DNA of 60,479 bases, filler included, from 6 parts of 6 records of this genome joined end to end with filler, not necessarily neighbours in it; one strand, 5' to 3'; shown: positions 1 to 9,483, numbered from the whole stretch's first letter. A program made the numbers and translations. The notes: generated by a model from the sequence alone, not told the origin.

Positions 1-110
1 TCTGTCATAACCAGCTATTATATCTTTTTGAGGCAAAGGATTCAATTGTTCCAGGCCTCTTGATTTTCTTTCGGTCCCGCCGCCCCGGACCGGATTTCCT
101 GATTTTTTAT

Positions 111-140
111 TTGACAAATTAAACATCATGATGTTACGAT
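111..140 (+). promoter_or_regulatory. sigma70-type promoter with a 14-bp palindromic operator in the spacer
   Basis: TTGACA 111-116, 18-nt spacer, TACGAT 135-140. Perfect palindrome AACATCATGATGTT at 122-135. Lies upstream of the ADH operon. Confidence 0.6.
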
Positions 141-203
141 GAAAAACATAATAACGATATTACATATTGAATCCGGTATATAAACCTTTATGAAGGAGCG
201 CAT

Positions 204-1403
204 ATGAACAATTTCGACTTTTACAATCCGGTGAGGGTCCACTTCGGACCCGGCAAATTGAACGACGTCGGAATGCTTGCAAAAGAACTTGGCAAAAGAG
301 TCTGCCTGGTATCCTACAAAGAACTGGGGCATCTGAAATCGCTCTGCGACAATGTTATTTCTCTCCTGAAAGCAGAGGGACTGGCTGTTTTCACCTTTCT
401 CGAAGCCGAACCCAATCCTGACATCTCAACGGTGGGGGCGGGCGCCGAGTTCTGCCGGGACAGAAACGTTGATCTGGTGATCGGCCTGGGCGGCGGATCC
501 GCCATGGATGCGGCCAAGGCAATCGCCGCCGGTGTTTTCTATGAAGGGGATCTCTGGAACATGGTCTACAGCAGACACGATCATGTCGACGCCGTTCCCC
601 CCGCAAAGGCCCTGCCCATGCTGATGATCCCCACCCTCCCCGCGACCGGCAGCGAGATGAATCAATGCTCTGTCGTCAGCAACCGGGAGCTGAAGGAAAA
701 ATCCTATATCTGGTCCGAGTGCCTGTATCCCAAGACGGCGCTTATCGATCCGGAACTGACTCTGACGCTGCCTCCCTACCAGACAGCCTGCGCCGCCGCG
801 GACTCGATCTCCCATGTCCTGGAGATTTACATCAACGGTGAGGAGGATTCCCCTCTGCAGCACTCCTTTCAGGAGGGCGTTATGCGGACCGTTATCGATA
901 AGGTCCGCGTCGTTATGAAGGAGCCCGGTAATGTAGACGCCAGGGCCAATCTCCAGTGGGCGGCTACCTGCGCCATCAACGGCTGGGCCTCTCCCGGAGA
1001 CGCCTGGACGCCCATCCATCAGGTGGCCCACAACCTGACCTCTCTTTACGGAGTGGCCCACGGGGCCTCCCTGTCATCCCTTATGCCGGCCTGGATGAAA
1101 TCCTTCCACCACAGACGGAAGAACCGGTACCTCCGGTTCGCCCTCAATGTGATGAATGTTTCATCTGAAGGGAGGTCCGAAGACGAAATCATTCTCAAGG
1201 GAATCAGTGATTTCGAAGAATTCCTCAAGGAGATCGGCGTCCCCGTGACCTTGAAGGATCTGAAGCTCTCCAGGGATGCGATCCCGGCCATTCTGGATGG
1301 TGTGAAAAAGGTCAGCTTCAATGACGACGGCGTGCTGGCATGTAATCCTCCTGTATCCGCTCAGGATATTGAAGAGATGCTGAACAGGGCTGAGCCTGCA
1401 TAG
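204..1403 (+). CDS. iron-containing alcohol dehydrogenase (BdhA/YqhD-like)
   Basis: FDFYNP..HFGPG start, GLGGGSAMDAAK, IPTLPATGSE, DPELT, metal ligands D..SH..E / H...H / HG. SD AAGGAG. Confidence 0.92.
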   Translation: MNNFDFYNPVRVHFGPGKLNDVGMLAKELGKRVCLVSYKELGHLKSLCDNVISLLKAEGLAVFTFLEAEPNPDISTVGAGAEFCRDRNVDLVIGLGGGSAMDAAKAIAAGVFYEGDLWNMVYSRHDHVDAVPPAKALPMLMIPTLPATGSEMNQCSVVSNRELKEKSYIWSECLYPKTALIDPELTLTLPPYQTACAAADSISHVLEIYINGEEDSPLQHSFQEGVMRTVIDKVRVVMKEPGNVDARANLQWAATCAINGWASPGDAWTPIHQVAHNLTSLYGVAHGASLSSLMPAWMKSFHHRRKNRYLRFALNVMNVSSEGRSEDEIILKGISDFEEFLKEIGVPVTLKDLKLSRDAIPAILDGVKKVSFNDDGVLACNPPVSAQDIEEMLNRAEPA

Positions 1404-1432
1404 CCTGAACGACGAAGAGAGGGAGACATAAA

Positions 1433-2125
1433 ATGGATGATCTGAGCGCAAAAGACATTGCCCGTATGATGGACCTGAGCTGTGTGCAGGCCAACAGTAC
1501 TCTGGATGAGATCAACAGCGCCGCGGAAACGGCGAAAAGGTATAACTGCATCTGTGTGTTCGCCCTGCCGGCGCACACGCCGGTCCTGATCGATCTGCTC
1601 AAGGACAGGCCGGATATCCTCGTGGGCGGTACGGTCGGTTTCCCCGATGGGGGCGCCACCACGGCCAGCAAGGTCCAGGAAACGAAAGAACTGGTTGCCA
1701 TGGGCGTCAGCGAGGTGGACATGGTGATCAATATCGCCTGGCTGAAGGCCGGTGAGGACGAATCTGTCAAGAAAGACATCAGAAGCGTCATCGACGCGGC
1801 GGCCGGTCTCCCTGTCAAAGTCATTCTGGAGTGTCACTACCTGACTGAAGAAGAGATTGTGAGGGCCTGCGAGATCTGCATTGAGACGGGGGTCAGCTTT
1901 GTTAAGACCGGAACCGGCTGGGCTCCTACAGGGGCCACCCTGGAAAACGTGAAGCTGATCGCCGATTCGGTGGGAGACAACTGCAAGGTTAAGGCTGCCG
2001 GCGGAGTGAGAGACAGGGAAACCCTTCTGACTATGTACGAACTGGGGGCTACCCGTTTCGGTGTCGGAGTCAGGACGGCAGAGTCGATTCTGGACGGCGG
2101 CGAATCCGTTCCCCGGGCTTACTGA
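1433..2125 (+). CDS. deoC: deoxyribose-phosphate aldolase (DeoC/DERA) family, divergent
   Basis: VGFPDG, EVDMVIN, VKVILE, Schiff-base FVKTGTG, VKAAGGVR, GATRFG. Several canonical motifs are altered. Confidence 0.85.
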   Translation: MDDLSAKDIARMMDLSCVQANSTLDEINSAAETAKRYNCICVFALPAHTPVLIDLLKDRPDILVGGTVGFPDGGATTASKVQETKELVAMGVSEVDMVINIAWLKAGEDESVKKDIRSVIDAAAGLPVKVILECHYLTEEEIVRACEICIETGVSFVKTGTGWAPTGATLENVKLIADSVGDNCKVKAAGGVRDRETLLTMYELGATRFGVGVRTAESILDGGESVPRAY

Positions 2126-2136
2126 AAAAGGAAAGG

Positions 2137-3654
2137 ATGATTATGAAGTACGTGATAGCCTGTGACCTGGGGACGGGGGGATGCAAATCGTCCCTCTATG
2201 ATTCCGGGGGAAACTGCCTTGACGGCCTGTTTATGGAATATCCGACCTACTACCCGGGGGAGTCCATGCACGAGCAGAAGCCCGGAGAGTGGTGGACCGC
2301 CGTAAAAGAGAGCATACGGGGCCTGCTTGCCGGTAAGCCCAACGAACTGAAGGATTCCATTGCCGGCATCGGTCTGTCCGGGCACAGCCTGGGCATGGTC
2401 GCTCTGGATGAGACGGGAGATCTGATCCTGGACTCCGTTCCCATCTGGTCGGATGGCAGGCCGGGAGAGGCTGAACTGAAACCGTTTTTCGACAGGGTGC
2501 CCGAGAATGAGTGGTACATGTTAACGGGGAACGGCTTCCCCCCGCCCCTGTACACGGTGTTCAAGATCCTCTGGATGAGGAATCACCAGCCCGATGCCTT
2601 CGCCCGCTGCGCGAAGATCATCGGTACCAAGGATTATATCAATTACAGACTCTGCGGCGCTGTGGCCACCGATTACTCCTACGCCTCAGGCAGCGGTGTC
2701 TACGATCTGGAAAACTGGGGCTACTCGGACAGGCTGATCCAGGCCGCCGGTCTGGAGAAAGATCTCTTCCCCGAGATTAAGGCTTCCAGCGACGTACTCG
2801 GAACTCTTATGCCGGAAACGGCCGCTGAACTGGGCCTTTCGGGATCCGTAAAGGTTGTGGCCGGGGGTGTGGACAACTCCTGCATGGCTCTGGGAGCCAT
2901 GTGCTTCAGGGACGGCAGGATCTACAACTCACTGGGATCTTCCAGCTGGATCGCCGTCTCGTCCGCCAAGCCCCTGCTGGATCTGAAAAACAGACCCTAT
3001 GTGTTCACCCATGTCGTTCCCGGTCTGTTCGCCTCGGCCACCGCGATCTTCTCCGCGGGAAGCAGCCACAAATGGTTTACGGGAATCCTGAGAGACGGCG
3101 GAGACCGTCCGGGCTACAAGGAGCTTGATCGGGAGGCCTCCGTCGTCCCTCCCGGCTCGGGAAATCTCATATTCAATCCCAGCCTGGCGGGGGGCAGCTC
3201 GCTGGATGAGAGCCCCGAGATCAAAGGAGCCTTCCTGGGACTCTCTCTGTCCCACGGAAGAGCGCATCTGGTCCGCGCGGTCATGGAGGGGGTCGGGTAC
3301 GGCCTGAAAGTCGCCCTGGATGCGCTCCGGAATCTGACCCCTGCGGAAAGAAGGATCACCCTTGTGGGCGGCGGAAGCAAGAGCAGGCTCTGGTGCCAGA
3401 TCCTTGCGGACATCTATGAAGCCGAAATCGTCAAGACCAATATCGATGAGCAGGCGGCGGCGCTGGGGGCCGCGTCCCTGGTCCTCGTGGGCTGCGGAAT
3501 ATGGGAGGACTTCTCAGGGATTGATGAACTGCATCAGGAGGAAGCGGTTTACCACTGCAACGATGCAAACAAAGCGGTCTACAGAAGCATTCTGGAGATA
3601 TACAGAGACGCATCGGTCTACTTGGCGAAGCTGGGTGCGAGGATGCGCGGTTAA
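2137..3654 (+). CDS. FGGY-family sugar kinase (xylulokinase-like)
   Basis: IACDLGTGGCK, PIWSDGR, TDYSYASG, AGGVDN, SLGSS, RAVMEGV, VGGGSKS. The start may instead be the ATG at 2143. Confidence 0.9.
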   Translation: MIMKYVIACDLGTGGCKSSLYDSGGNCLDGLFMEYPTYYPGESMHEQKPGEWWTAVKESIRGLLAGKPNELKDSIAGIGLSGHSLGMVALDETGDLILDSVPIWSDGRPGEAELKPFFDRVPENEWYMLTGNGFPPPLYTVFKILWMRNHQPDAFARCAKIIGTKDYINYRLCGAVATDYSYASGSGVYDLENWGYSDRLIQAAGLEKDLFPEIKASSDVLGTLMPETAAELGLSGSVKVVAGGVDNSCMALGAMCFRDGRIYNSLGSSSWIAVSSAKPLLDLKNRPYVFTHVVPGLFASATAIFSAGSSHKWFTGILRDGGDRPGYKELDREASVVPPGSGNLIFNPSLAGGSSLDESPEIKGAFLGLSLSHGRAHLVRAVMEGVGYGLKVALDALRNLTPAERRITLVGGGSKSRLWCQILADIYEAEIVKTNIDEQAAALGAASLVLVGCGIWEDFSGIDELHQEEAVYHCNDANKAVYRSILEIYRDASVYLAKLGARMRG

Positions 3655-3697
3655 TCAGTGAATCTGCCCCTTGAGGGTAAAAATATCGGAGGAAAAT

Positions 3698-4750
3698 ATG
3701 AAGAAGATTTCAATTTTGTTGCTTACGGTTGTTCTCGTCCTGTTTGCCAGCTGTACCAACGGAGCGGGCACCGCGGATTCGGGAGCCGCCGCTCCCGCTG
3801 AACAGGAAGTGAAAATGGCCGAGAAGTCGGATTTTTACTGTGTCTCTCTGGGATGGCAGGAGAATGAGTCCGGTCAGAGGCAGACCATGGGCTATGAGGT
3901 GGCCTTTGATGATTTCGGCATCCCCAGAGACAAGGTCCTGTGGTCCAATGCCAACTATGATCCCAAACTCCAGTCCGAGCAGATCGACGCCTTTATCAAG
4001 ATGAATCCGCAGGCGCTCTTTGTAACCCCTTCAGATCCTGCCGGTATCACCCAGGCTGTTAAGAGGGCCACTGACGCGGGCATACCCGTATTCGTCGCCG
4101 ACGCGATCATCGCCGGCGTACCGGCCGTAACATCCATCTGTTCCAATGACTTCGGAATGGGAACCTGGTCCATGAAATGGATTGTCGACCAGATCGGCGG
4201 AAAGGGAAGAGTCGCCATCATCGACCTGCCCAATAATGAGGCCTGGGATCTGAGAGGACAGGGCGCCCGCTATATGCTGAGCCAGTATCCCGATATTGAA
4301 GTCGTCGCCGAGTGGTCATGGGACTCCACAGGGGCCGTTACTCCCCGCCAGGCCGTTGAGAACATGCTCACAGCCAATCCCGAAGCCGGTGATCTGGATG
4401 CGATCTGGTGCGCCTGGGACGGCGCCGCCATGGAAGGCGCTCTGGCCATCAAAGACGCCGGTCGCGCCGACGAGATCATCACAACGGGAATCGACGGCGG
4501 AGAATACGCCTTTGAGATCATGAGAGACGACGGGGTGTTCGCCCTGACCATGGCCCAGAGCATCTACTACATGTCCTACAACAGCGTTAAATACGCAAAG
4601 GATTATCTGGACGGAAAGCAGGTCCCCCGTTTCATCATCGCCCCCGTGTATGCGGCCACCCAGGATCTGTTGAACGCGGCACCCACGGATGCCTTCAACT
4701 ACGACATTCCCGGCAAGGCCGACGAATACGGCTGGACTCCCGTTCTCTAA
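3698..4750 (+). CDS. sugar ABC (CUT2/RbsB-like) substrate-binding lipoprotein
   Basis: ATG at 3698 after GGAGG. Signal peptide with lipobox LFASC. Peripla_BP_4 motifs (Q..QIDAFI, GIPVF, SNDFGMG, GIDG). Confidence 0.9.
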   Translation: MKKISILLLTVVLVLFASCTNGAGTADSGAAAPAEQEVKMAEKSDFYCVSLGWQENESGQRQTMGYEVAFDDFGIPRDKVLWSNANYDPKLQSEQIDAFIKMNPQALFVTPSDPAGITQAVKRATDAGIPVFVADAIIAGVPAVTSICSNDFGMGTWSMKWIVDQIGGKGRVAIIDLPNNEAWDLRGQGARYMLSQYPDIEVVAEWSWDSTGAVTPRQAVENMLTANPEAGDLDAIWCAWDGAAMEGALAIKDAGRADEIITTGIDGGEYAFEIMRDDGVFALTMAQSIYYMSYNSVKYAKDYLDGKQVPRFIIAPVYAATQDLLNAAPTDAFNYDIPGKADEYGWTPVL

Positions 4751-4767
4751 TCAAAGCAAAACATAAT

Positions 4768-4802
4768 TTCATTCCGGTTCTGACCGTCAGAACCGGAATG
4801 AA
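4768..4802 (+). other. 17-bp-arm intergenic inverted repeat (mRNA-stabilising or attenuating hairpin)
   Basis: TTCATTCCGGTTCTGAC-C-GTCAGAACCGGAATGAA between the SBP and ATPase genes. Confidence 0.75.
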
Positions 4803-4824
4803 TTTAAAAAGCAGGAGCAGAATA

Positions 4825-6339
4825 ATGGCTGAATTCAGTCTGGAAATGAAGGGTATTCGCAAGCAGTTTCCCGGTGTCCTCGCCCTGGACGATGCAGACT
4901 TCCGCTTGAAGAAAGGAGAAGTTCATGCGCTTCTGGGCATCAATGGAGCGGGCAAATCTACACTGATCAAGGTCCTTTCGGGCATCTATACAAAAGACCG
5001 TGGTGAGATCCTGATCAACGGAGAGGCCGCGGATATCCACGATACGGATTCCTCAAAGAAGCACGGGGTGGCCACTGTCTATCAGGATCCCCAGATGATT
5101 CCCTCTTTCACAGGGTATGAGAATATCTTCCTGGGGAACGAGTCGGAAGGAAAGGGGCTGTTCCCCGTTATCAAGAGACGACAACTACGTCAAAAAGCAA
5201 AGGAACTTCTGAAAAAGTTCCCTGTTAATATCGATTTGAACACGGCCGTCAGCTCTCTGGAGGCCGTTGAGAGAGAGAGCATTGCCATACTGAGGGCCTT
5301 GTCGCAGGAAAAAATGGATATTCTTATCCTGGATGAGCCCACTTCCATTTTGACACAGAAGGAAATCTCCGTTCTGTTCGAGCAGATCCATCTGCTCAAG
5401 GATCAGGGGATCTCCATTATCTATATTACCCACCGCCTTGATGAGGTCTTTCAGATAGCCGACAGCTTTACGGTATTCAGAAACGGAAAGGATGTCGGTT
5501 CCCACAGCACGGGTGAAGAGGGCATGGATCATGCCCGGATCGCGGAGCTGATGTTGGGGGACAAGCTTGAGAAGGTCTATCCCGACAAGTCCGCCCGCAT
5601 CGGCGAGACCCTTCTGAGCGCCGAGAAACTCGGCCTGGAGGGCGCGTTCAGGGACATCTCATTCGAGTTGAAAAAGGGTGAGGTCCTGGGGATCTTCGGG
5701 CTTGTGGGATCGGGTATCGATGAGCTGTCCAAATCCCTCTACGGCGTCATGCCGGCGGACAGCGGAGTCGTGCGCAAGGGGGGCAAGGCGATCAGGCTGA
5801 ACTCCTCCCTGGACGGCGTCAGAAACGGATTGTACCTGATTCCGGGCGACAGGAGAGAAGAGGGGCAGATCGGTACGGAATCGGTAAGCTTCAATATGAC
5901 TCTGTCCAAGCTGAAGAAAGCCTCAAAAGCCTCACTGGTGAGCGGTCGGAAGGAGCACGCAGACAGCCTGTCCCTGATCGATAAACTGGATGTGAGGCCC
6001 AAGGACCCGTCCAAGAAAGTCTCCCTTCTCAGCGGCGGCAACCAGCAGAAAGTGGTCATCGCAAAGGGACTCTATACGGATTCGGATATCTACGTTTTCT
6101 GCGAACCGACCGTAGGTGTGGACGTGGGCGCCAAGGCCGGTATCTACCAGCTGATCAGGGAGCTTTCCGAAGATCACGGCGTCATTGTCATCGGTTCGGA
6201 CTGTGAGGAAGTCCTGGGTGTCTGCGACAGGGGAATCGTCCTGTACAAGGGGGAAGAGGTTCTGAATAAACCCGCCTCCGAACTGAAGCTGGACGAAATG
6301 CTCCTGTACGGACTGACCGGGGGAGGCCGGAATGAATAA
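4825..6339 (+). CDS. sugar ABC transporter ATP-binding protein (RbsA/MglA-like, two NBDs)
   Basis: GINGAGKST, ILDEPT, YITHRL. Second NBD has LSGGNQQK and CEPT. ATG at 4825 after AGGAG. Confidence 0.93.
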   Translation: MAEFSLEMKGIRKQFPGVLALDDADFRLKKGEVHALLGINGAGKSTLIKVLSGIYTKDRGEILINGEAADIHDTDSSKKHGVATVYQDPQMIPSFTGYENIFLGNESEGKGLFPVIKRRQLRQKAKELLKKFPVNIDLNTAVSSLEAVERESIAILRALSQEKMDILILDEPTSILTQKEISVLFEQIHLLKDQGISIIYITHRLDEVFQIADSFTVFRNGKDVGSHSTGEEGMDHARIAELMLGDKLEKVYPDKSARIGETLLSAEKLGLEGAFRDISFELKKGEVLGIFGLVGSGIDELSKSLYGVMPADSGVVRKGGKAIRLNSSLDGVRNGLYLIPGDRREEGQIGTESVSFNMTLSKLKKASKASLVSGRKEHADSLSLIDKLDVRPKDPSKKVSLLSGGNQQKVVIAKGLYTDSDIYVFCEPTVGVDVGAKAGIYQLIRELSEDHGVIVIGSDCEEVLGVCDRGIVLYKGEEVLNKPASELKLDEMLLYGLTGGGRNE

Positions 6340-7305
6340 AATCAAAGAGAACTTCTCCATCATCGCATTTTCTATGCTCACCCTGATCGTACTGGCGGTT
6401 TTCGGGATTTTCAGCGAGCAGTTTCTGACTGTCGGAAACTTTCTGAAGGCCTTCAAACACCTGTCCATTACCGCTATCTCCGCCCTGGGGCTTACCTTCG
6501 TGGTCAGCATCGGTCACAACGATATGTCTTTTCACTATTTCAGCTGCTTCTCGGCCATGACCATGAGCTGGCTGATCGGGCTGGGATTCGGCCCTGTGCC
6601 GGCCGTACTGATGGGGCTTCTGCCGCCGTGCTGTTCGGCATCGTGAACGGGATCGCCATTGGAACGTTCAAGCTGCCGGATATGATCGTGACCATCGGTC
6701 TGGGGTCTGCCGTTTACGGTCTGGCCTATATCTACAGCGGCGGTTCGTACATCTACAGGAATTTCCAGAAAAGCGGAATCATGGAACTGAACAATGCCGT
6801 TGTTCTGGGGCTGCCCCTGCCGGTTATTTTTCTGGTGCTTCTGTACGGGAGCGCCTGGGTTCTGCTGCACCGTTCGGTTCACGGCAGACGGTTCTATGCC
6901 ATCGGGGGGAACAAGAAGGCGGCCCTCTTCTCGGCCGTGCCCGTGAAGGCCTACATCATCGCCGCATTCGTTATCTGCGCCGTCTTGAGTTCCTTTACCA
7001 ACATGATTCAGATCGCCGCTCAGGGCAAGGGGTACCTGAAGGGCGGACTGATGCTTCTGATGCCCTCCTGGGCTGCCGTTTTCGTCGGGATCTCAGTATT
7101 CAAGAAACCCACAGTGTACGGAACGTTTCTGGGAGCCTTCCTGATCTCCATCATGCAGAACGGATTCACCCTGCTGGCCGTACCGTTCTACTTTATGGAT
7201 TTTGTCATAGGAGCCGTTCTCATCCTCTCCATAATCATCTCCAGCATGGAAATGACAGGTGGCAGCAAAAACGTTAAAAAGGGAGACCAAAATGCCGCAT
7301 CCTAA
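6332..7305 (+). pseudogene. sugar ABC permease (RbsC-like) split by a 1-nt frameshift near 6620-6623
   Basis: ORFs 6332-6646 and 6628-7305 are the N- and C-halves of one BPD_transp_2 permease. Adding one base (CTG[G]CCGCCGTG) gives ...LMGLLAAVLFGIVNG..., about 324 aa. Could be a sequencing error. Confidence 0.8.
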
Positions 7306-7360
7306 AACAGAGGGAGTAATAACGCTGAAAAGGGAGCCTAAAATGCCGCATCCTAAAACA
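7270..7360 (+). repeat. 40-bp imperfect direct repeat (51-bp period) duplicating an RBS and start codon
   Basis: aacgttaaaaagggagaccaaaatgccgcatcctaaaaca (7270-7309) vs aacgctgaaaagggagcctaaaatgccgcatcctaaaaca (7321-7360). Confidence 0.9.
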
Positions 7361-8305
7361 ATAGCCAAAACCCTGTTCAAGCCGAACCTGATACTGCTAT
7401 GGGTTCTGTTTATCATGGTCTTCTTCTTCTCTACCCAGTCGGCGGCCTTCCGCTCCGCCGAGAATCTGATGGAAGTGCTCCGCTCCTGCGGGATCATCGC
7501 GTTGATGGTTCTGGGGGTGACCTGGATCGTCGCCAGCGGTGAAACGGATATCTCTTTCCCGGAGATCGCCGGTTTCGCCAGTATGATGACGGCGCTGCTT
7601 GTGAAGAACGGTATGATCTGGGGCGCCGCGGCAGCCTTAGCCGTCCTGTCGGGCATCGTCTACGGACTGCTGAGCGGAACCCTGATCACCCGCTTCAGGT
7701 TTCCCGCCCTGATCGCCACCATCGCCGTCGGGAGCCTGGCCAAGGCTGTGGCCAATATGATCAACAAGGGGCAGCCCCTCTATCTTCAGAGCATAGACCC
7801 GACTGTCCAGTTTCTGGTGTACGGAAAGGTTCTGGGTATCCCGGTTCTCTTTATCCTCGTGGTGGTCGTCTATCTTATGGCCGCCTGGATCCAGGATCAC
7901 ACAACCACCGGTCAGCACCTCTATGCCCTCGGCGAGAACAGAAAGGCGTCGCTGGAAGCCGGAATCAAAGAAAAAAAGATAATCCTGAGCTTCTTCGCTC
8001 TTTCCGCTCTTCTGGCCTCATTCAGCGGCGTCCTGCTGGCGGCATCCTTCAGTTCCGGACAGCCCAGAATCGGAGGCTCCTTCTTTATCGACGGGCTCAC
8101 CACTGTCTTTCTGGGCGCCATGATCATCAAAGCCGGCAAGCCTAACGTTCTCGGAACACTGATCGGCGCCGTCATTATCTCCGTGTTGAGCAACGGCATC
8201 ACCCTTATGGGCGTGCCCTATTACATTGGTTCCATTATCAAAGGACTTTTGATGATTGCGGGAGTCGCCGTTATCGTTCTCTCCAAGAGAGGCATCATCA
8301 AGTAA
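7292..8305 (+). CDS. second sugar ABC permease (RbsC-like)
   Basis: Hydrophobic, with ALGENRKASLEAGI (EAA-like loop) and GTLIGAVII..L.NG. Two in-frame starts, 7292 and 7343. Confidence 0.9.
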   Translation: MPHPKTEGVITLKREPKMPHPKTIAKTLFKPNLILLWVLFIMVFFFSTQSAAFRSAENLMEVLRSCGIIALMVLGVTWIVASGETDISFPEIAGFASMMTALLVKNGMIWGAAAALAVLSGIVYGLLSGTLITRFRFPALIATIAVGSLAKAVANMINKGQPLYLQSIDPTVQFLVYGKVLGIPVLFILVVVVYLMAAWIQDHTTTGQHLYALGENRKASLEAGIKEKKIILSFFALSALLASFSGVLLAASFSSGQPRIGGSFFIDGLTTVFLGAMIIKAGKPNVLGTLIGAVIISVLSNGITLMGVPYYIGSIIKGLLMIAGVAVIVLSKRGIIK

Positions 8306-8326
8306 TAAAAGATTTAAAGACCTGCC

Positions 8327-8355
8327 AACCGGATAGTATGGGCTATCCGGTTTTT
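8327..8355 (+). terminator. intrinsic terminator between convergent genes
   Basis: AACCGGATAG-tatggg-CTATCCGGTT followed by a T run. Confidence 0.8.
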
Positions 8356-8371
8356 AATTTATAAGGATTGT

Positions 8372-9202
8372 CTAGAGCAGGGTTCTGAGATGATTGAGGG
8401 ATTCTTCCGTGTCCTTGACCGAATCTCCCGTTCCTTCGTATTCGATAGAGAGAAAGCCGTCGTAATCCCTGGTTTTCAGTATGCTTACCATCTCCCCGAG
8501 GGGAACGATCCCTTCACCGGAGCGAATGCCCGTCAGGGATCTTCCCGCCGCGGAACGCTGTATCCGGCCCGGATCCGCCGCCGAGGCATCCCGAAACCGG
8601 GGATCATCATCGGTGATGAAGTCTTTGACATGAATGTAAGAGGTACAGGGCAGCTGCTTTCTGAGGGCCTCAAGAGGGGCCTCATCCGCCAGAAGGGGAT
8701 TCGCCGTATCGAAGTTCAGGCGGAGACGGGGGTGGGGGCAGTTCTCCATAATAGAAAGGATCTGATCCGAATGGCAGCTGTAGGGGCCTATGTTTTCCAG
8801 GATCAGAGTCAGCCCCCTCTTCTCCGCTTCGTCTGCCGCTCTGCGCAGGCCGGCAGCCATATTGTTCCGGGCCTTTTCTTCGCTGTCGCTGGAATCTCCT
8901 CCCAGCACTCTGACATAGGGGGCGCCCAGGAGTTCGGCCGTTTCCAGATCCTCCCTCAGTTTTCCGTAGTCGGGCTCACTTGTCGTAAAGTCGCTGAGGA
9001 TCGTATAGCAGGAAACCTTGATGCCCTTTGAGATCAGCAGGTCTCTGATTTCTCTGAGATTCTTTTCCCCGTCCATATAGTAGCTGAGAAGCTCAACGTA
9101 TTTCAGTCCCGCTTCCGAGGCCCAATGGATAAAGCCTTCTTGTGTCAGACCCTCCGACTGCACCGCCCTGTCCAGGGACCACATACTGGTTGATAGTTTC
9201 AT
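8372..9202 (-). CDS. sugar phosphate isomerase/epimerase (AP_endonuc_2/IolE-like TIM barrel)
   Basis: LILEN, NFDTAN, YIHVKD, GEGIVP, GFLSIEYEG. ATG at 9202 with GGAG SD, preferred over the ORF-track start at 9298. Confidence 0.88.
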   Translation of the reverse strand: MKLSTSMWSLDRAVQSEGLTQEGFIHWASEAGLKYVELLSYYMDGEKNLREIRDLLISKGIKVSCYTILSDFTTSEPDYGKLREDLETAELLGAPYVRVLGGDSSDSEEKARNNMAAGLRRAADEAEKRGLTLILENIGPYSCHSDQILSIMENCPHPRLRLNFDTANPLLADEAPLEALRKQLPCTSYIHVKDFITDDDPRFRDASAADPGRIQRSAAGRSLTGIRSGEGIVPLGEMVSILKTRDYDGFLSIEYEGTGDSVKDTEESLNHLRTLL

Positions 9203-9400
9203 TCTAATCTCCATAAAGGTTGTGATGTTATGATGTATTGTATCATAGTTCATAGCGAAAGTGAAAATACTGAAATGACGGTGAAAAGGATGATTCAAAG
9301 AAAAAGAGATCTGGCACTGTCATTGCCAAAAGGAGGGCTGCCAACGGCGCTTAAAAATCGGGACCTTCCCTTATCATGTTTTATTGATTGCAACTTTTTA

Positions 9401-9429
9401 TTGTCTTCCTTACGGGCCTGCCTTATAAT
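9401..9429 (+). promoter_or_regulatory. sigma70-type promoter for the AraC gene
   Basis: TTGTCT, 17 nt, TATAAT. Confidence 0.65.
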
Positions 9430-9483
9430 GTTCGCTGCTTCGGCACTGTGTTATAAAAGGGTAAATGTTGAAAGGGGGACGGA

